Shown piece after piece: positions 11,869 through 23,449 of a stretch of DNA of 30,591 nucleotides. Location of the stretch: positions 1 through 30,591 of the forward strand of contig CAXHJY010001620.1 of assembly GCA_964016885.1 (NCBI GenBank). The letters run 5' to 3'. How positions within the stretch are numbered: the first letter of the stretch is position 1; each line of letters begins with the position of its first letter. A program made the position numbers and the translations under genes. The DNA is from Eledone cirrhosa. Taxonomy: Eukaryota. The notes under the pieces are model-generated. The model made no database searches and had not been told where the DNA came from. It was given only the letters and a program-made list of their open reading frames with translations.

Positions 11869-12160
11869 CATATATATACAGACATATATACATATACATA
11901 CATATACACACATATATACATATACATACATATACACACATATATACATACATATACACACATATACATATATATGTGTGTGGTGTGGTGTGGTGTGGTG
12001 TGGTGGTGGTTGTGGTGTGGTGTGGTGTGGTGTGGTGTGGTGTGGTGTGGTGTGGTGTGGTGTGGTGTGGTGTGGTGTGGTGTGGTGTGGTGGTGGTGGT
12101 GGTGTGGTGTGGTGTGTGTGTGTGTATCTGTGCGTGTGTGTGTATGTGTGCGTGTGTTTT
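11603..12160. repeat. (TA)n/(CATA)n and (GTGTG)n microsatellites
   Basis: Direct inspection. Confidence 0.9.
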
Positions 12161-12327
12161 GTACTGTATGTATGTGCTAGCTAAGACAAACGCAATACAT
12201 ACAGTAATCAGAACAACAACAACAACCAGATCAAGAACGGAAGTAAAGATTTCTTGGGAAACAAATAGAGAAATATAAACAACAACAACAACAGCAGCAA
12301 TAGCATTAAAAATAATAGTAATAATAA

Positions 12328-12604
12328 TTGTTTCTACTTTTGGCTCCAGGCCAGCAATTACGCCCAGTACATTACTGGTACTTTATTTATCGACCCCCGT
12401 AAGGATGAAAGGAAGAGCTAACCTTGGCGGTTAATAATAATAATCAATGTTTCAAGGCCAGCAATTACCCCAGTATATTACTGGTACTTTATTTTTCGAC
12501 CCCCGTAAGGATGAAAGGAAGAGCTAACCTTGGCGGTTAATAATAATAATCTATGTTTCAAGGCCAGCAATTACTCCAGTGCATTACTGGTACTTTATTT
12601 TATC
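12328..12604 (-). mobile_element. Three tandem truncated family A SINE 3' halves (~106-bp period)
   Basis: AGGCCAGCAATTAC...ACTGGTACTTTATTT recurs three times, separated by (TAA)n tails. Confidence 0.85.
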
Positions 12605-12751
12605 AGGTTCAATCAGGGATAACCAGTGAGTAAAGTACTCAATACGTTAACAGAGTGTAAATTATCAGGATTTCCTGATGATTTCTTTTGACTGAAACAG
12701 TTCTAGTCTTGTAGAAGCCTTTTTTAATATTAAACAAGATATATATATATG

Positions 12752-12783
<32 letters not shown>

Positions 12784-12789
12784 CGTTTG

Positions 12790-12836
12790 TGTAGTGGTAG
12801 TTGTGTTGTTGTTGGTGGTGGTGGTGGTGGTGGTGG

Positions 12837-12867
<31 letters not shown>

Positions 12868-14020
12868 GGTGGTGGTTATGGTAGTGAATGTGGTGATGGT
12901 AGTGAATGTGGTGGTGGTGGTGGTGATGGCAGTGGTGTTGATTGTGGTGACGGTGGTGGTAGTGGTGTTAATGGTAGTGAATGTGGTGATGGTGGTGGTA
13001 GTGTTGATTTTGGTGATGGAGGTGATGTTGTTGATGGTGGTGGTGGTGATGTTGGTGATAGTGTTGTTTGTGGTGATGGTGGTAGTGTTGTTGTTGGTTG
13101 TGTTCGTGGTTTTGTTGGTGATGTTGGTATTGTTGGTTTTGTTGTTTTTTGGCGATGATGGTGGTGGTAATTTTGTTTATGGTGGTGGCAGTGTTGTTTG
13201 AGATGGTGGTGGTTTTGTTTGTGGTGGAGGTGAAGTTGTTTGAGGTGGTGGTGGGGTTGTTTGTGGTGATGGTGGTGGCAGTGTTGTTTGAGATGGTGGT
13301 GGTGGTGGTTTTGTTTGTGGTGGAGGTGAAGTTGTTTGTGGTGGAGGTGAAGTTGTTTGTGGTGGTGGTGGGGTTGTTTGTGGTGATGGTGGTGGCAGTG
13401 TTGTTTGAGATGGTGGTGGTGGTGGTTTTGTTTGTGGTGGAGGTGAAGTTGTTTGAGGTGGTGGTGGGGTTGTTTGTGGTGATGGTGGATGGGCAGTGTT
13501 GTTTGTGGTGATGGTGGTGGTGGTGTTGTTCGTGGTGGTGGTGGTAGTAGTGTTGTTTGAGATGGTGGTGGTGGTGGTTTTGTTTGTGGTGGAGGTGAAG
13601 TTGTTTGAGGTGGTGGTGGGGTTGTTTGAGGTGGTGGTGGGGTTGTTTGTGGTGATGGTGGTGGCAGTGTTGTTTGAGATGGTGGTGGTGGTGGTTTTGT
13701 TTGTGGTGGAGGTGAAGTTGTTTGAGGTGGTGGTGGGGATGTTTGTGGTGATGGTGGATGGGCAGTGTTGTTTGTGGTGATGGTGGTGGTGGTTTTGTTT
13801 GTGGTGGAGGTGAAGTTGTTTGAGGTGGTGGTGGGGATGTTTGTGGTGATGGTGGATGGGCAGTGTTGTTTGTGGTGATGGTGGTGGTGGTGTTGTTCGT
13901 GGTGGTGGTGGTGGTGTTCGTGGTGGTGGCAGTGTTGTTTGTGGTGATGGTGGTGGTGTTGTTCGTGGTGGTGGTGGTGTCGTCTGTGGAGTATGGAGGT
14001 ACTGAGTAGTGGTGATGGTG
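12790..14020. repeat. GTG/TTG-rich complex minisatellite
   Basis: Recurrent blocks GGCAGTGTTGTTTG and GTGGAGGTGAAGTTGTTTG. Confidence 0.9.
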
Positions 14021-14172
14021 TGTCGGATCACTTGACAAAGAGAGATACTGTAACTTGCCTATCGATAAAATGTCAATTTTCTACCATATACATCCAAATA
14101 CACACACACACACATATATGTATATATACACACACACATATAAATATATCTATATACACACATGTAAATATA

Positions 14173-14203
<31 letters not shown>

Positions 14204-14208
<5 letters not shown>

Positions 14209-14417
14209 AACGAGTAGGACCCCGACGGCTGAGCTCAAGCCGTTTTGACGGCTAATTCTGGACTAAAAATTTTAGTCCAGAATTAGCCGTCGAAACGGCT
14301 TGAGCTCAGCCGTCGGGGTACTACTCGTTCCTATTACCCACTCTACTACCCTAAGTATTGAGTACTTTGGTGCGTTATGGTCCACCTGGTTCCTCACCAC
14401 ATTTCCTTCGTTATCCC
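14204..14417. mobile_element. Fold-back interspersed repeat inserted in (TA)n, copy 2
   Basis: ~131-bp near-perfect palindrome 14204-14334 centred on AAAAATTTT, followed by a tail shared with copy 1. Confidence 0.85.
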
Positions 14418-14441
14418 ATATATATATATATATATATATAT

Positions 14442-14909
14442 GGGATAACAAGTTATCACTATAGGTAATCCAGTTAGAGGTTGGATATCTACGTACTCTG
14501 ATGTGTTGACCAGAGGTAAATAATTGTTTCTACTTTTTGGCACAAGGCCACCAATTATCCCAGTGTATTACTGGTACTTTATTTTATCGACCCCGTAAGG
14601 ATGAAAGGCAAAGTTGACCTCGGAATGGCAAGGGCCGTAACTCTACGCATCAAAGCATGGCGTCCGACCATCTACCGATACTTAATCAGTGAAACAATTG
14701 TTAGACTGTAAATAAATCCCCTTTTTTGTACTGTTGACTATGTTATTCTCCACTCCAAAACAAACTTACATAGGAATACAAGTGAAATCATAAACTCGCC
14801 ATCTACGTAAACCTCTTGTTGGGTCAAGCAACGCCGTACGCTGAAACTATCCATAATAAGAAGTATTCACAACCTCTAATTGGTTTACCTATAACGATAT
14901 TTTGTTATC

Positions 14910-14911
<2 letters not shown>
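14442..14911. mobile_element. MITE-like element with degenerate terminal inverted repeats, flanked by (TA)n
   Basis: GGGATAACAAGTTATCACTATAGGTAATCCAGTTAGAGGTTG vs CAACCTCTAATTGGTTTACCTATAACGATATTTTGTTATCCC (about 36/42 matches). Confidence 0.7.
14522..14681 (-). mobile_element. Family A SINE with internal B-box deletion, nested in the TIR element
   Basis: GACCTCGGAATGGC joins across the missing GGGATTTGAACTCA segment. Confidence 0.85.
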
Positions 14912-14947
<36 letters not shown>

Positions 14948-15101
14948 GGGGGGGGTGAGAGAGTGTGTGTGTGAGCGTGCGTGTGTGTGTATGTATATAT
15001 ATATATATATATATGCAATAGGTAAACAGAAATAACAACACAATCGGTACAGTATATGGAAAGAATATATTAGGTTAACGCTTGATATAGCAGGAAGAGG
15101 A

Positions 15102-15137
15102 TCTTAACGTTTCGGACGTTAATCCTTCATCAGAAAA
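15102..15137 (-). ncRNA. PLE-type minimal hammerhead-like motif (CUGAUGAA..GAAACGU)
   Basis: Minus strand: UUU-CUGAUGA-A-GGA-UUAACG-UCC-GAAACGUUA-AGA; helix I very weak. Confidence 0.5.
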
Positions 15138-15199
15138 ACAGAATGAGAAATTACAAAAGATTGAAGGGACGGACGGGGTGGAATTGGTATTACATATAC

Positions 15200-15231
<32 letters not shown>

Positions 15232-15397
15232 ATACACACCAAACGCCAGCATCAATACCTTTCCAAGTGATGGCAACATGAATGAACCTGTTATTTCCGA
15301 TTCCGCCCGGCCCGTTCTCTGGGAAAGTTGGTTAAATCGACCCCAGAATTAACAGTTGGCCTCGGTTAGATTTGAACTCCTGGCATTATTGCTGTTA

Positions 15398-15613
15398 AAG
15401 CCGGTGGATTGGCAGTATCGGTAGAGAGCCGGACACCATGCTTTGCAGCATAGAGTTACGGCCCTTTATTTTCTGAGTTCAAATCCCGCCGAGGTTAACT
15501 TTGCCTTTCATCCTTACGGGGTCGATAAAATAAAGTACCAGTTACGTACTAGGGTCGATTTAATCGACTTTCCCCTCTCGCCAAATTACTCGCCTTGTGT
15601 CTATACTAGAAAT
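15398..15613 (+). mobile_element. tRNA-derived SINE, family A longer variant, full length
   Basis: A box TGGCAGTATCGG (15410), B box GAGTTCAAATCC (15475); TSD CATTATTGCTGTTA at 15384-15397 and 15614-15627. Confidence 0.92.
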
Positions 15614-15775
15614 CATTATTGCTGTTACTGTTGTTGCTGTAGATTTACTGCTGTTGCTGTTGGTACTGTGTATGATGTTACTTTTGTTGCTACTGTTGTT
15701 ATTATGGCTGCCATTGTTGTTGTTACTGTTGCAGCAGTGGCTGTCATGGCACACGATACACACATATTCTGAGTA

Positions 15776-16496
<721 letters not shown>

Positions 16497-16803
16497 GACT
16501 GACTTAACATAACATAGATTTAGAGAAAAACGAGAATCTTTTTTGGCTTGGTTGCGTGTAAAGAAGAGTAAAATTTTATCTGAGCGATCCTGAAGACTGT
16601 TCTATATATCTATATGGAGAGGGTGATAAAGGGAGATAATAGCTGTCGGATGCATGTGACGTAGTGGAGTAAAGAGAAGATAGAGAAGACAAAATGGCTG
16701 ACAGATATTGTAGACAGATCCGCAAACATCCTGATTGAACCTAAAGGTCGAGAAAGAAGCAGATGTAAGGAGTTTCTTTGTGGCATTGAAAATAGGTCTT
16801 ATC

Positions 16804-16876
<73 letters not shown>

Positions 16877-16920
16877 TGTGGTGTGGTGTGGTGTGTGTGT
16901 GTATATATATATATATATAT

Positions 16921-17598
16921 GACGTTCTAACGACTGCCATTCTATCAGACGTTCTAACGACTCTGCCATTCTATCAGACGTTCTAACGACTGTACCATTC
17001 TATCAGACGTCATTCTAACGAATCTGCCATTCTATCAGACGTTCTAACGACTGTACCATTCTATCAGACGTCATTCTAACGAATCTGCCATTCTATCAGA
17101 CGTCATTCTAACGACTCTGCCATTCTATCAGACGTTCTAACGACTGTACCATTCTATCAGACGTCATTCTAACGAATCTGCCATTCTATCAGACGTCATT
17201 CTAACGAATCTGCTATTCTATCAGGCGTTCTAACGACTCTACCATTCTATCAGACGTCATTCTAACGAATCTCCCATTCTATCAGACGTCATTCTAACGA
17301 CTCTGCCGTTCTATCTGATGTTCTAACGACTCTACCATTCTATCAGACGTTCTAACGACTCTACCATTCTATCAGACGTTCTAACGACTCTACCATTCTA
17401 TCAGACGTTCTAACGACTCTACCATTCTATCAGACGTTCTAACGACTCTACCATTCTATCAGACGTTCTAACGACTCTGCCATTCTCTCTGACGTTCTAA
17501 CGACCCTGCCATTCTATCAGACGTTCTAACGACCCTGCCATTCTATCAGACGTTCTAACGACTCTGCCATTCTCTCTGGCGTTCTAACGACTCTACCA
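16921..17598. repeat. 29/32-bp minisatellite (GACGTTCTAACGACTCTACCATTCTATCA)n, about 23 units
   Basis: Regular unit with a 3-bp insertion variant; not CRISPR because there are no spacers. Confidence 0.95.
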
Positions 17599-17985
17599 AT
17601 TTGCCGCCTTATCATAACTATTACTAGTAGACTTTTCTCTTCAAACCACTTAACATAATGTCTTTGAAATACGTACTTAAACTCCAGAACACCCAGGCCA
17701 CCCCCCCAAAACCCACCCATCCCATTCTACCACCGTACACCCTGCAGCAATATCTAGGTACTTCTGGCTTCCTTGTCCATCACAATTGGTAAAAAAAATT
17801 GGTAAAATACGTAAACAAATACTTCGGTATGTGAAGATGGTTGTGTGAAGTTTAAGGTAGTGGTTTATTTCAATAAAAGAAATTGGTATTCTCTATTATT
17901 AACATATATATCTTGATGTAGATGTCTGTGATTCTATATACAAACATCTATGGATAATTGCATGTTTGTGTACATCTCTCTCTCT

Positions 17986-17986
<1 letters not shown>

Positions 17987-18040
<54 letters not shown>

Positions 18041-18282
18041 GAGAGAGAGAGAGAGTGTCAGAGAGAGAGAGAGAGAGTGTGTGTGTGTCAGAGAGAGAGA
18101 GAGAGTGTGTCAGAGAGAGTGTGTCAGAGAGAGAGTGTGTCAGAGAGAGAGAGAGAGAGAGGAATAATGTATAACGTATAAAGCAGTATTTATGTATGTG
18201 TATATATATATATTTATATATGTGTGTGTATATATATGTATGTGCATATATATATATATATATAATGTACATACATATATGA

Positions 18283-18368
<86 letters not shown>

Positions 18369-18634
18369 CTTGGAATTTGATCATTGCCATTATTATAAAA
18401 CTTCAGTAACGTCATAACCTCTCCCCCTCCCTCCACCTCCTCACTCTCACTCCCTCCCCGCCGCTCCACCAACGACTGTCTTTTGAACTGTTATTTGTCT
18501 TGTTAGCTAGTACAACTGTTGAACATCTTGTGTGGTCATAGGTGGCGCTGGTGGTGGGTTCGTCTCACGCCCGCGTCACGCACGCTCAACAACAGCACGG
18601 GCTCACTGTTGTTCTATTTCGTCGGCTTTTGCTT

Positions 18635-18675
<41 letters not shown>

Positions 18676-18968
18676 GTGTGTATATATATATATATATATA
18701 TATGTGTGAGTGTGTGTGTGTGTGTATATATATGTATATATATATATATACATATATATATATGTATGTGTGGAAGAGCGAGAGTGTGCGTGAAAGTGCG
18801 AGTGAGAGAGTGGGTGTGTGTGTGTCTCTCTTTTATATATAGATATGTGTGCGCGTGTGCGTGTGTGCGTGCGTGTGTGTGTATATATATATATATATAC
18901 ACGTATGTGTGGAACCGCGAGAGAGTGTGTGTGTGTGTGTGTCTGTTATATATAGATGTGTGCGTGCA

Positions 18969-19002
<34 letters not shown>

Positions 19003-19275
19003 CGTATGTGTGGAACCGCGAGAGAGAGTGTGTGTGTGCGCATGTATGTGTATGTGTGTGTATGTGTGTTAAAGAGAGTGTGTGTGTGTGTGTGTGTTCG
19101 CATGTATGTGTATGTGTGTGTATGTGTGCTAAAGAGAGTGTGGCTGTCTATACAAACACACACTTCTCAACATATCTATGTCATATAAAGCGGTTTTCAA
19201 AGCGTAAATCGAGCTGGTTATGATAAACTTAAAAGGAAGAATGATTTACGAATATACATACATGCATATATATAT

Positions 19276-19309
<34 letters not shown>

Positions 19310-19390
19310 GTGTGTGTGCCTGTGTATATATACATATGTGTGTGTGTGTGTGTATATACATATGTGTGTGTGTATATATATATATATAGC
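17987..19390. repeat. (GA)n/(TG)n/(TA)n compound microsatellites with unique islands
   Basis: Direct inspection. Confidence 0.85.
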
Positions 19391-19459
19391 TTTTAGAAAA
19401 CAATGTAAGTGGAAATAACGTTTAAGATTCCTTTACAAATTCTGTGTTTCAAAGGCAAA

Positions 19460-20302
19460 TACTACTATTATTACTACTGCTACTACTACAACTACTACTA
19501 CTACCACTACTACTACTACTACTACCACCACTACAATAACAATGTCAGCAGCAACACCAACGTCTACTAGAAATCTGTACAACATATACTATTTCTATTA
19601 CTACCACTATTGTTAACTATTACCACCACCACCACTACTACTAGTTGTAGTTGTATTACTACCACTATTACTACTAGTATTACTACCACTATTACTACCA
19701 CTATTAGTACTAGTATTACTACCACTATTAGTACTAGTATTACTACCACTATTACTACTAGTATTACTACCACTATTAGTACTAGTATTACTACCACTAT
19801 TACTACTAGTATTACTAACACTATTACTTCTAGTATTACTACCACTATAACTACTAGTATTACTACCACTATTAGTACTAGTATTACTACCACTATTACT
19901 ACTAGTATTACTAACACTATTACTTCTAGTATTACTACCACTATTACTACTAGTATTACTAACACTATTACTTCTAGTATTACTACCACTATAACTACTA
20001 GTATTACTACCACTATTACTACCACTAGTAGTATTACTACCACCACTACTACTACTACTCTTACTAGTCTTACTACCACCACTACTATTACCACCACCAC
20101 CACTACTATTACCACCACCACCACTACTATTACCACCACTACCACTACTATTACCACCACCACCACTACTATTACCACCACCACCACTACTATTACCACC
20201 ACCACCACTACTATTACCACCACTACTACTACAATCTGAGCAGCAAAACCAACTTTTACTAGAAATGTGTACAACATCTACAACTACCACTACTACTACT
20301 AC
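19460..20302. repeat. (ACT)/(ACC) compound repeat with 24-bp and 18-bp higher-order units
   Basis: ACTAGTATTACTACCACTATT(AGT/ACT) units. Confidence 0.9.
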
Positions 20303-20519
20303 TAGAGCAACGATATCTAATGCCAACAACAACAACAACAATCTATAAGAGAAAATAAGCACTTCATTGTTTTGTTGTTGTTGTTGTTGGTGTTTTGTTT
20401 GTATATTTTTTTCTTTTACATCTCGAAATTCAAACAAAGATGGCTGCTGAAGGCGTTTCTTTTTATTATTTAAACATTACCCCCACCCTCCCACCACCAC
20501 TGCCAATTGACCACCACAG

Positions 20520-20673
20520 ACAGAAAGACAGAAATACAGCGAGAGAGGGGGGGGCTAGATAGATAGATAGATAGGCAGACAAACAGAAAGAGAGAAGGAG
20601 ATAGATAGAGAGAGAGATACATAGAGAGAGAAAGAGAGATACATAGAGAGAGAGAGAGACATAGATAAACAGG

Positions 20674-20713
<40 letters not shown>

Positions 20714-20768
20714 AAGAGAGAGATACATAGAGAGAGAGATAGAGATACATAGAGAGAGAGAGATAGAG

Positions 20769-20822
<54 letters not shown>

Positions 20823-20966
20823 GCAGATAAATAGACAGATAAATAGACAGATAAATAGACAGATAGATAAACTGATAAATAGATAAACTGATAAATAGAT
20901 AGATAAATAGATAGACAGACAGATAGATAGACATACAGATCGATAGACATACAGATCGATAGACAT
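20520..20966. repeat. (GATA)n/(GA)n/(GACA)n microsatellites
   Basis: Direct inspection. Confidence 0.9.
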
Positions 20967-21086
20967 AGGATTACGTTGAACCCAAACATAAAATATAACA
21001 CTGGAGACTAACGCGAGACTATCAATATACGAAATTGATATTTTCTATCTCCTATCTTCTATTGTGTTTGGGTTCAATGTAATCCT
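20967..21086 (+). other. Hairpin with 25-bp inverted arms
   Basis: AGGATTACGTTGAACCCAAACATAA (20967-20991) pairs with TTGTGTTTGGGTTCAATGTAATCCT (21062-21086). Confidence 0.8.
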
Positions 21087-21098
21087 GTTACCATAATT

Positions 21099-21188
21099 TT
21101 GCAAACAACACCTGATGAAATCGCCTAGACTTGCATCATAATCAAATGATAGAGGTGAGCCATCGAAATATGTATAGTGCTTTCGCAA
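21099..21188 (+). ncRNA. Degenerate type I hammerhead motif (GAAAUAUGUAUA family)
   Basis: UUGC-AAA..CAC-CUGAUGA-[UCGCCU/AGGUGA; AUCAU/AUGAU]-GAAAUAUGUAUA|GUG.UUU.GCAA; base of helix II unpaired. Confidence 0.5.
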
Positions 21189-21215
21189 CCCGGCCTTCAT
21201 TTGTTGTTTTAATGT

Positions 21216-21282
<67 letters not shown>

Positions 21283-22170
21283 AATATAAATTAGCGAGAA
21301 TCATATTTCAGCTCAGGAATTAACGAAAAATAACTTCCGAGATGTGTGGCAAGCGCTCGACGATTCATATGAATCAGAGCTACAACATACGTTAAAGGCC
21401 AAACACACTGAGATGGTGGTTAAACTAATCATCCGCACAGCCAAAAAAACGACTAAGTAATTCGTGTCAAACAATAAAAATATATGTGATTGAAAATTTA
21501 CCCGGACCCCTGGATGGTTGGTAAAATCCAGTATTTGGGTTTCTGCGACTCCATATATCAATTACTGTCCGCTTACATAAAGAATGTTAGGCTTCTGGTA
21601 AGATGATTGAACAAGGAAGCCGTGTTATCAACAGGTTTTTGCTCAAATGCTATATATAAGTGTGACTATTACTGACCCCACGTGGAGTTCAGCAAGGGAG
21701 GCAACACTTATATTAGGCGAATGAATTCAGTTGTGTATAATATTGCGAGAATGCAAAATATCACAAATCGAATAAAGCTCTCGACAGAATGGTTAAATAT
21801 AACAAAGCTATTCATCAGTCAATAGAATCAACTGGGTATATATATATATATATATATATACCCAGACACGTATAAATATGCGCTACTGATTGGCATCCAT
21901 CAGAGTGATCTCAGTAGATTCTATAACAACTGGAGAATATAAAGGTAGAGGGTGAATGAATTGATTAGAAACCCCTATCTTCAGCTTCGCCAAATTAGCA
22001 GTAACCTACATCAGGAAATAAGTGAGTATATTCCTAATTAAATGTTCGGGGTGCTAACTAATTGTATTGTGTGGAAAATTGGCTGTATTATTTCATATGA
22101 GATATATCGAATATACATATATATATATGTGTGTGTGTGTGTGAGAAAAACCACAAACCCTCCATCTCAA

Positions 22171-22214
22171 TTCTACTTTTGAAAAGCACAAGAACTGCGA
22201 AACCGGTAAAGGAA
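22171..22214 (+). ncRNA. Minimal type I hammerhead, U3:A8 core variant
   Basis: UUC.UA.CUU-UUGAAAA-GCA-CAAGAAC-UGC-GAA-ACCGGU-A|AAG-GAA; palindromic helix III ACCGGU, GUA site. Confidence 0.65.
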
Positions 22215-22423
22215 CCGATTAAATGTATATTTTTATTAAAAAAAAGACTCCAGTTGCATTTTCGATTTCATTTTTTTTCCTTATACGTGTAGGACACCTC
22301 GGTTATTTTTCAATTTGTAAAAAAAAAACTCACTTTCTAATATATATATGTATATATATATATATATTTCGTTTCTGAATTTGTTTAGCAAGATTCTTTA
22401 TCTGAAATCGTGTTTTGAAACCG

Positions 22424-22548
22424 ATATTGTTATACTTTGGGAGGGTCATGTTGCCAATAAATTTATAAATATATAATAAATTGAAGTGAAAGCAACTGGT
22501 GCGTGTGTTTCTTATTGGCAACATGACCCTCCCAAAGTATAACAATAT
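22424..22548. repeat. 37-bp perfect inverted repeat with 51-bp spacer
   Basis: ATATTGTTATACTTTGGGAGGGTCATGTTGCCAATAA at 22424-22460 and its reverse complement at 22512-22548. Confidence 0.9.
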
Positions 22549-22663
22549 ATATATATATATATATATATTAAAGTGTTAAACAATATTCAATGATTATGTC
22601 AAAGAATGAGTTTTACAGAAGGTTGGAAGCACTCAACGGTTAAATAATTTTCTGAAGTTATTA

Positions 22664-22896
22664 ATATTAAAATATAAGTATTAATAAAATAGATGTTCTT
22701 TTGATCAATTACATTTTATTATACATATTTCGGCTGTACAACAGTACGTCCTCAGTAACCATTTAACATCTCAGGGTATGTCATGTATCATTATATTTTG
22801 TCTGATGAGGACGTACTGTTCTACATCCGAAATATGTATAATAAAATGTAATTGATCAAAAGAACATCTATTTTATTAATACTTATATTTTAATAT
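22664..22896. mobile_element. 91-bp inverted repeat containing an HHR; putative Penelope-like terminal-repeat remnant
   Basis: Arms 22664-22754 and 22806-22896 (2 mismatches), 51-bp spacer, island flanked by (TA)n. Confidence 0.7.
22787..22856 (+). ncRNA. Type I hammerhead ribozyme motif
   Basis: AUUAUAUUUUGU-CUGAUGA-GGA.C.GUA-CUGUUC-UAC.A.UCC-GAAAUAUGUAUA|AUAAAAUGUAAU; 12-bp helix I with two G-U pairs; cleavage after 22840. Confidence 0.8.
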
Positions 22897-23313
22897 ATAT
22901 ATATATATGTATATATATATACATATATATTTTTTCTTTTAATATATATATATATATATATTTGTATATATATATACATATATATTTTTTCTTTTATGTG
23001 TATATATATATATATATACATATGTATATTTTGACGTATATATTGTGTATATATATATTTTTTTTTTTTTACGTATAAATTGTGTGTATATATGTATATA
23101 CATATATACACACATATATACACACATATATTTGAATGTATATATATTTCACATCAAAACCATCTGCGTGCACTGAGGCTAAAGTATGTAGTTTTGGAAA
23201 CTGGAACTTATAGGAGTTTCAAAAATACGGCCATTTTCTTACAAGTGAAACTGCTGTAGTCGCTGTCAATTGTGGTTGTTTGTTTTTACTATTTCCTCTC
23301 AATTAGCTATTGC

Positions 23314-23347
<34 letters not shown>

Positions 23348-23449
23348 ATATATACATATCTATATATACATATATACAAACACAGGTACATGTTGTATTA
23401 CACTCTTCGCTTTCTTTTGTTTTTTGGGTTTTGTTATAACTAGAATGAA

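Noticed and set aside
12659-12710. CTGATGA...GAAAC hammerhead candidate
   Set aside because: Helix II has only 2 pairs and the core is sequestered in the hairpin ATTATCAGGA/TCCTGATGAT; at best a decayed copy.
10241-14038. Pro/Thr/His/Gly/Val-rich ORFs resembling mucins or extensins
   Set aside because: Trinucleotide repeats open in multiple frames and strands, with no non-repetitive domain or evident splice structure.
16602-16806. Minus-strand frame vaguely like a Penelope RT N-terminal region (RPI...CGS...)
   Set aside because: Similarity too weak by eye and no RT catalytic motif; a tBLASTx/HMM search would be needed.
16921-17598. 29-bp repeat array as CRISPR
   Set aside because: Head-to-tail units without unique spacers, in a eukaryotic context. 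The same applies to 1813-2503.
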